Source of the DNA: Planctomycetota bacterium
GTDB taxonomy: Bacteria > Planctomycetota > Planctomycetia > Pirellulales > Pirellulaceae
Length of the DNA: 33,725 bases
Reading direction: 5' to 3'
Assembly (NCBI GenBank): GCA_036137535.1
Contig: JAZABE010000049.1
Location: 1-33,725 of the forward strand
Position numbers and translations under genes: made by a program
Shown here: piece after piece, positions 28,750 through 33,725 of the stretch
How the letters are laid out: every line of letters starts with the position of its first letter
Numbering within the stretch: the first letter of the stretch is position 1
Notes under the pieces: model-generated
Told to the model about the DNA's origin: nothing
Database searches by the model: none
What the model saw: the letters and a program-made list of their open reading frames with translations, nothing else

Positions 28750-28894
28750 GACCGTCGACAGCACAGGCCAACACCAGAGAAAGGCAATAACAGTGCGACC
28801 GGAATTATTGAAAGACCGCTGCCGATTGGCGATCGAGCTTGTGTTGGGTTCCGCAAGAGGGACGTGGCAACTTGGGGAGGGGCAGTTACCCAGG

Positions 28895-30124
28895 ATGGGA
28901 ATCGCCCTGGTTTTTTTCTGGGCCGTTGGCCAGGGGGGAGATTGTTGGGCCGTTTTGCCAGTGGTGCCCACCTGTCAGCAAACTAGAGCAGAGCACTCGC
29001 AACCTGCCCAACGAAAGGTCCTCTCGTTGGGTTCCACTGGAATCCAGGTGGAGACCCTGCAAAGAACCTTGAATGTTCGCTTGAAACCCTCACCGGGTCT
29101 ATCGGTTGACGGGGATTTTGGACCGGCCACGCGTCTTGCGGTGATTCGGTTTCAGGAAAGCCGCCAACTTAAAAACGATGGAGTGGTTGACCACGACGAT
29201 TGGACAGCCATGGGAACACCGGTAAAGCCCGATGACTCTGTCCCAGATCCCACAGCGTTCAACCAACAGGCATTGCCCATTGCCCCCAGCGACGCCCTGG
29301 AGGGACCGCCTTTTGTGACTGCCAAATCGTGGGCGATAGCCGACCTTGAAACCGGGAAGATTCTCGACCATTTGTCGAAGGACAAGGTTCTTGATATTGC
29401 CAGTACCACAAAAATCATGACAGGACTGTTGGTGCTTGAGTTCGCCGAACAGCAGCCAACGGTTCTTCAAGAAAAGATTACTTTTTCTTCGAAAGCAGAC
29501 AAGACGCGGGGTTCCACCAGCGGTTTGCGAGCGGGTGAGACCATTAGCGTCAAGGAGTTGCTGTATGGCCTGCTGCTGCCGTCAGGGAACGATGCCTCGG
29601 TGGCCTTCGCAGAGCATTTTGGCACCCGAATGATCGAAGCCCAAGGCCAAAACCGACCAAAGGACACAGGGTACGTTTTGTTTGTGGAAGCGATGAACCG
29701 CCGGGCCCGCCGACTTGGAATGAAAAACACGGTTTTCAAAAACCCGCACGGGCTGACGGCAGCCGGTCACAGTTCCACTGCGGCAGACTTGGTCCTGCTG
29801 GCAACTGCCGCGATGAAGCTGAGTAGCTTTCGTGCTTACGTTTCGACCCGTCAGTATGGCTGCAAAGTTGGAACATCGCTTGGGGGAAACAGGAACATCG
29901 CTTGGAAAAACACCAACCAGTTGCTTGGAATCGAGGGCTACATTGGAATCAAGACTGGAACAACTGCAGCAGCAGGCGCGTGCCTGGTGTCCGCATCCCG
30001 GCGGGGCGACAAAGAGCTGGTCATGGTGGTCTTGGGGAGCGGCTCATCACGGGGTCGTTATGTCGACACGAGAAACCTATACCGGTGGGCGTGGCGACAA
30101 CAAGAATTGCTCAGAAGACCGTAA
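28895..30124 (+). CDS. D-alanyl-D-alanine carboxypeptidase (peptidase S11) with an N-terminal peptidoglycan-binding domain
   Basis: A PG_binding_1-like segment (VDGDFGPATRLAVIRFQESRQL) precedes the SxxK motif ASTTKIMT, the SxN motif LPSGND and the KTG motif IKTGTT. The start is uncertain. I chose the Met at 28895 before a hydrophobic stretch, whereas the track ORF from 28631 overlaps moaA. Confidence 0.82.
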   Translation: MGIALVFFWAVGQGGDCWAVLPVVPTCQQTRAEHSQPAQRKVLSLGSTGIQVETLQRTLNVRLKPSPGLSVDGDFGPATRLAVIRFQESRQLKNDGVVDHDDWTAMGTPVKPDDSVPDPTAFNQQALPIAPSDALEGPPFVTAKSWAIADLETGKILDHLSKDKVLDIASTTKIMTGLLVLEFAEQQPTVLQEKITFSSKADKTRGSTSGLRAGETISVKELLYGLLLPSGNDASVAFAEHFGTRMIEAQGQNRPKDTGYVLFVEAMNRRARRLGMKNTVFKNPHGLTAAGHSSTAADLVLLATAAMKLSSFRAYVSTRQYGCKVGTSLGGNRNIAWKNTNQLLGIEGYIGIKTGTTAAAGACLVSASRRGDKELVMVVLGSGSSRGRYVDTRNLYRWAWRQQELLRRP

Positions 30125-30241
30125 ATGATCCACCAGAAGGCAGGGAAGCTGCCCATGATGGCGGAGGTGTTGTTATGATTACGATAAGGAAGACCGGGTT
30201 GGGGCCAAGCAAACCAATAACGCCAGGGAGACCAGTGTTCG

Positions 30242-31525
30242 ATGTTTAATTGTTGTGTTCAAGAAAAGTGGTTGAGCCAAATGTTGCTGCTACTGGCGGT
30301 TGTCTGGACGGGCCCGGTGGTCGCCCAATCGGATTTGGAAAACGATTGGCCCTGGTGGCGAGGTCCGAGTCGAAATGGAATTGCCCCCTCGGGGCAAATG
30401 CCGCCAATGACTTGGGGGGAGAATAAAAATATCCGGTGGAAATCGCCTCTCCCCGGCAAGGGTCACGGAAGCCCAGTGGTTTTGGGTGCACGGGTTTACA
30501 TCACCACGGCTGACTTGGACCGAGACCTGCAAACGCTGATTTGCCTGGACCGGCTGACCGGAAAAAAAGTCTGGGAATCCAGAATTCATCAGGGCGGATT
30601 GAAAACCGATGGCAATAAAAAGCAAAACAAAAAAGCCTCGCTAGCCTCTACCACGGCAGCAACAGACGGCGAAAAGATATTCGTTAATTTCCTGAACGAG
30701 GAGGCCGTTTGGACGACAGCCCTGGACCTGTCAGGTAAAATTCTCTGGCAAAAAAAGATCACAGACTACGTGGTTCACCAAGGCTATGGTTCATCTCCGG
30801 CCCTTTACGGACAATTGGTAATTGTGTCGGCGGACAACAAAGGGGGGGGCCTGATCAAAGCGTTAAAAAAATCTAATGGAGAAACCGTTTGGCAGAGGGT
30901 GAGACCCAAGAAGCCAAACTACCCCTCACCGGTGATTCTCAGCGCGGCCGGAAAAAAGCAGTTGTTAATGACGGGCTGCGATCTGGTGACCAGCCTGGAC
31001 CCGAACACCGGAAAAACGCTTTGGGAGATCAAGGGCGCAACGACTGAATGCGTTGCGACCACCGTCACCGATGGGACCCATGTTTTCACCAGCGGCGGCT
31101 ACCCGCAAAACCACATCTCGGCAGTTGCGGCCGACGGCAGCGGGAGGGTGGTCTGGCAAAACAACTCGCGAGTTTACGTCCCTTCTCTGATTTGTCACGA
31201 GAATCATCTATACGCGGTTCTCGACGCCGGGATCGCAATGTGTTTTGACAGTAAAACCGGTGAAGAAAAATGGAAATCCCGTTTAGGTGGCAACTTCAGT
31301 GGATCTCCGGTGATGATCGGGAAGCGGATCTATGCCACCAATGAAAACGGGGAAACGTTTATCTTTCAAGCCCAGCCCGATAGCTATCGACTCATTAAAA
31401 AGAACAAGTTGGGAGACAGTGTTCTGTCCACCATGGTCATTTGTGGCGGGCACATTTACCTGCGAGTCGCCAACCAGGAGGGAGGGGTACGGCAAGAGTA
31501 CCTCTATTGCATCGGAGAACCCTAA
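30242..31525 (+). CDS. PQQ-like beta-propeller repeat protein (BamB-like fold), secreted
   Basis: A signal peptide (MLLLLAVVWTGPVVAQ) is followed by DWPWWRGPSRNG and repeated G..(V/L)W... blades such as TGKKVWES, GKILWQK, NGETVWQR, TGKTLWEI and GEEKWKS. Confidence 0.85.
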   Translation: MFNCCVQEKWLSQMLLLLAVVWTGPVVAQSDLENDWPWWRGPSRNGIAPSGQMPPMTWGENKNIRWKSPLPGKGHGSPVVLGARVYITTADLDRDLQTLICLDRLTGKKVWESRIHQGGLKTDGNKKQNKKASLASTTAATDGEKIFVNFLNEEAVWTTALDLSGKILWQKKITDYVVHQGYGSSPALYGQLVIVSADNKGGGLIKALKKSNGETVWQRVRPKKPNYPSPVILSAAGKKQLLMTGCDLVTSLDPNTGKTLWEIKGATTECVATTVTDGTHVFTSGGYPQNHISAVAADGSGRVVWQNNSRVYVPSLICHENHLYAVLDAGIAMCFDSKTGEEKWKSRLGGNFSGSPVMIGKRIYATNENGETFIFQAQPDSYRLIKKNKLGDSVLSTMVICGGHIYLRVANQEGGVRQEYLYCIGEP

Positions 31526-31592
31526 GTGCATCGGAGAACCCAGGGATCCAAGAGAGGTGTTCAGTAGAGTTGGCAAGGCTTCCCGTCCAGGT

Positions 31593-32012
31593 TTAGCCCG
31601 GAGATTTTTCTTTGGACATTTTCAGGGCATTGCCACACCCAATGTACTCGACCGAGGTCATGAAGCTTTCAATGATGGTCAGCCCGCGACCAGATTCCCG
31701 ATAAAGGTTTTCCTTTTGAGTGGGGTCAGGCACCTCGTGGCGGGCAAAACCACTGCCCTGGTCAGTGATGTGGACTTGAAAAAGGTCGGTTCCAACAGCG
31801 CATTCCACAGAAACTTGTTTGTCAGGGTCAAGCTGGTTTCCATGCTTGATGGCATTCATGACGGCTTCTTCAAGCGCGAGATGAATTTTAAAGATGTCTT
31901 GCTCTGGCCACTTCAGCTCCACCAGCTTTTCGCGAATCGTGCCGACCAGCTCGATGCCTTGTTCCGGCACGCTTGCGATCGAGGCGGTCAAATTCCACTC
32001 AGGTGTATTCAC
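31593..32012 (-). CDS. Anti-sigma regulatory factor, serine-protein kinase (RsbW/SpoIIAB-like HATPase)
   Basis: The N box is EEAVMNAIKHGN, the G1 box is ITDQGSGF and the G2 box is ESGRGLTII. The protein is 139 aa. Confidence 0.85.
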   Translation of the reverse strand: MNTPEWNLTASIASVPEQGIELVGTIREKLVELKWPEQDIFKIHLALEEAVMNAIKHGNQLDPDKQVSVECAVGTDLFQVHITDQGSGFARHEVPDPTQKENLYRESGRGLTIIESFMTSVEYIGCGNALKMSKEKSPG

Positions 32013-32075
32013 TCTGGATTATTTAGATAGAGCTAATCGCAAAAAACAAATCGGCTTAGCAATGCTAACGCGAAG

Positions 32076-32432
32076 CTACTGCAACGCTTCGATTGCAGCG
32101 CTGCGGTTGTCGTAAAGCTTGAACAGCAGGTCGAGCTTGGTGATGGCAAACACCTCACTCACGGCAGGCCCGAGACTGCAAAACGCCAGCACACCTTTGT
32201 CTGTTTTGATGTTTTTGTCGAGCACGATCAGTCGATTCAGTACGGCACTGGAAAGAAATTCAACGGCATCAAGATCCAGCAGAAAGGTGCCGCCCTTGTT
32301 GTCATCGAGCAACGACTGCAGTTCCTTGCCGATTTCCTCGATCATAATGGGGTCTGTGATCCGGGTTGCATTAAACCGGACGACTTGTGTGTTGCCGACG
32401 GGTTCGGCGCTGATTTGATGAAAGGCAGTCAT
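32076..32432 (-). CDS. Anti-sigma factor antagonist (STAS domain, RsbV/SpoIIAA-like)
   Basis: The segment LLDLDAVEFLSSAVLNRLIVL contains the candidate phospho-serine position. The GPAVSEVFAITKLDLLF motif follows. The protein is 118 aa and sits directly upstream of the kinase. Confidence 0.85.
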   Translation of the reverse strand: MTAFHQISAEPVGNTQVVRFNATRITDPIMIEEIGKELQSLLDDNKGGTFLLDLDAVEFLSSAVLNRLIVLDKNIKTDKGVLAFCSLGPAVSEVFAITKLDLLFKLYDNRSAAIEALQ

Positions 32433-32579
32433 GAGTTATTCAATAAAGGTGTTTGGGAATACCTTATTCTGTCCGCAATTGCCGCAGAGGAAAAGAACCA
32501 GAACGCTTTCGGGCGAAAAAACAGGGAAATCCAACGCCAGGAACAGCTTTGAAAGAGGGGCAACTCTTCGGTTATTCTT

Positions 32580-32870
32580 CTATTCTTCTTTTCGAATCAA
32601 CAATGCTTGAACGACCAGTACCCCACCCACGGAGATCAGGCAGCGGCCCAACCAGTCAGGGGGTTGAATGGTTTTGCGTTGCAATGGGGCGATCGTTTCT
32701 CTGGAGAAAATCCCTCTGGGTTTTTCAGGGGCTGTTTGTTTTTCAAAACGGTCATAGTAAAACGAGGACGCTTTTTCGGTGAGCACAAAACTGTCGAAAT
32801 AATGGAACTGGAGCCCGAAAAAAAGGAGCAGCGCTCCCCAGATAAAAAGGTTGTTTTTCTTAAATTCCAT
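32580..32870 (-). CDS. Small membrane protein (two predicted transmembrane segments), unknown function
   Basis: The start was chosen at MEFKKNNLFIWGALLLFFGLQF. A second hydrophobic segment is LGRCLISVGGVLVVQALLI. The track ORF extends to 33002 with a non-hydrophobic, basic leader. Confidence 0.45.
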   Translation of the reverse strand: MEFKKNNLFIWGALLLFFGLQFHYFDSFVLTEKASSFYYDRFEKQTAPEKPRGIFSRETIAPLQRKTIQPPDWLGRCLISVGGVLVVQALLIRKEE

Positions 32871-33087
32871 AACGGTGCATTCGAGAGTGGTTTGGGCTAG
32901 CGTCCAAGCGAATGTGCAGAATCCCTTCTTTTCGTTTATCGAACGGTTGTCTTTTTGACTTTGGCGACGTAGGCCGGGGTTGTTTTTTGGGGGATGTTCC
33001 ATAACCGCCGATTGGGGGGCTTGATTGTCTCGTTAGGATTGTCCGGGGGAAGCTCCTCGAAATTTTCCGTTTCCCGGATAGGGTTTT

Positions 33088-33096
33088 TGCTATAAT
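33088..33096 (+). promoter_or_regulatory. Possible extended -10 promoter element upstream of ilvB
   Basis: TGCTATAAT (TGn plus TATAAT) lies about 140 nt upstream of the ilvB ATG. I found no convincing -35 box. The only evidence is the sequence match. Confidence 0.25.
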
Positions 33097-33237
33097 TTGC
33101 TTTCTGTCTATATATTTTGTAGCAACGAAATATTGTGTAGTAACCAAATCGTAGGTGAATCAACCAAGGGTCCCATCTTTAGCAAACCCGCCAAGCAAGC
33201 TAAGGAGCCTTCGATTTTTCCAGCAGGAGTATACTAA

Positions 33238-33725
33238 ATGGCGATTTCAGGATCCGTCGATAGCTCGACATGGCTAAGTGGCGCAGACATCCTAGTTAAG
33301 TCCTTGGTCGACCACGGCGTCGATACCATTTTTGCTTATCCCGGGGGTGCAAGCATGCCCCTGCACCAGGCATTGACGCGATACGACGCCCAGCTGAGAA
33401 CCATTCTCCCCCGCCACGAACAGGGTGGTTGTTTTGCTGCCCAGGGCTACGCGCGGACCACGGGGAAGCCAGGGGTGGTCATGGCGACCAGTGGTCCTGG
33501 TGCGACCAACCTTGTCACGGCGATCGCCGACGCCAAACTGGACTCAATTCCGCTGATTGCCATTACAGGACAAGTGCCCACCCAGGTGATCGGGACCGAT
33601 GCCTTTCAGGAAACGCCAATCGTGGAGGTTTGTCGTGGCATCACCAAGCACCATTGCCTGGTTACAGATATCAGGGATGTGCCACGGGCGGTCAAAGAGG
33701 CCTTTCACATTGCCACAACCGGTCG
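33238..33725 (+). CDS. ilvB: Acetolactate synthase (acetohydroxyacid synthase) large subunit, 5' part; runs off the right edge
   Basis: My hand translation reads [46 protein letters not shown]...[54 protein letters not shown]...GTDAFQE. AGGAG lies 8 nt upstream of the ATG. The ORF is absent from the track because there is no stop in the window. Confidence 0.93.
   Translation, partial: MAISGSVDSSTWLSGADILVKSLVDHGVDTIFAYPGGASMPLHQALTRYDAQLRTILPRHEQGGCFAAQGYARTTGKPGVVMATSGPGATNLVTAIADAKLDSIPLIAITGQVPTQVIGTDAFQETPIVEVCRGITKHHCLVTDIRDVPRAVKEAFHIATTG

Noticed and set aside
28631-28894. An N-terminal extension of the DD-carboxypeptidase ORF
   Set aside because: Its first 119 nt overlap moaA, and the translated extension has no signal-peptide character. 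I preferred the Met at 28895, which precedes a hydrophobic stretch, although a GTG at about 28794 remains possible.
31332-32030. A 232-aa plus-strand ORF
   Set aside because: It overlaps the 3' end of the PQQ-propeller gene in another frame and then runs antisense to the RsbW-like kinase, which has clear N, G1 and G2 boxes. It is judged a shadow ORF.
33134-33237. A possible ilv leader peptide or attenuator upstream of ilvB
   Set aside because: The only upstream ORF ending at the ilvB ATG starts with TTG and is not enriched in Ile, Leu or Val codons. No terminator/antiterminator pair is evident.

Overview
This is a chromosomal, Planctomycetota-like segment covering the replication-origin neighbourhood. 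The lineage call rests on a repeat protein with an N-terminal RRLxxExLE..LLAG motif, a WPWWRGPxRNG PQQ-type propeller and many lipobox proteins. From left to right the origin side contains a poly-acidic tandem-repeat ORF that runs off the left edge, scpB, a class-V cysteine desulfurase and a short divergent dnaA. These are followed by a 261-bp, about 19% GC spacer (candidate oriC/DUE), dnaN, a DUF721/DciA-type gene and gyrB. Next is an accessory-looking block of secreted and lipoprotein genes: a GxGxD repeat protein, an M49-like peptidase, two paralogous lipoproteins, a Cys/Gly-rich lipoprotein, a split DUF4177-like ORF, a pentapeptide-repeat protein and a membrane protein. The remainder is mostly housekeeping. 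It holds a DUF1805 gene, a gpr/yghZ-type aldo-keto reductase, rpoD, recG, a Spy/CpxP-like gene, an unknown 194-aa gene, dcd, a YdiJ-like FAD/Fe-S oxidoreductase coupled to moaD-moaE-moaA, and an S11 DD-carboxypeptidase. It ends with a PQQ-like beta-propeller, an RsbW/RsbV-type partner-switching pair and the 5' end of ilvB. I saw no rRNA, tRNA, CRISPR array, transposase, integrase or recognisable defence gene. The most unusual part is the origin module. Its DnaA has no room for domains I-II and shows atypical catalytic motifs. It lies in a low-GC block (about 32-35% GC in sampled lines) whose purine/pyrimidine skew flips at the dnaA-dnaN spacer, and a DciA-type gene is start/stop-overlapped with dnaN. 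All family calls come from motif recognition by eye. No database search or HMM was run, and the hand counts are approximate.
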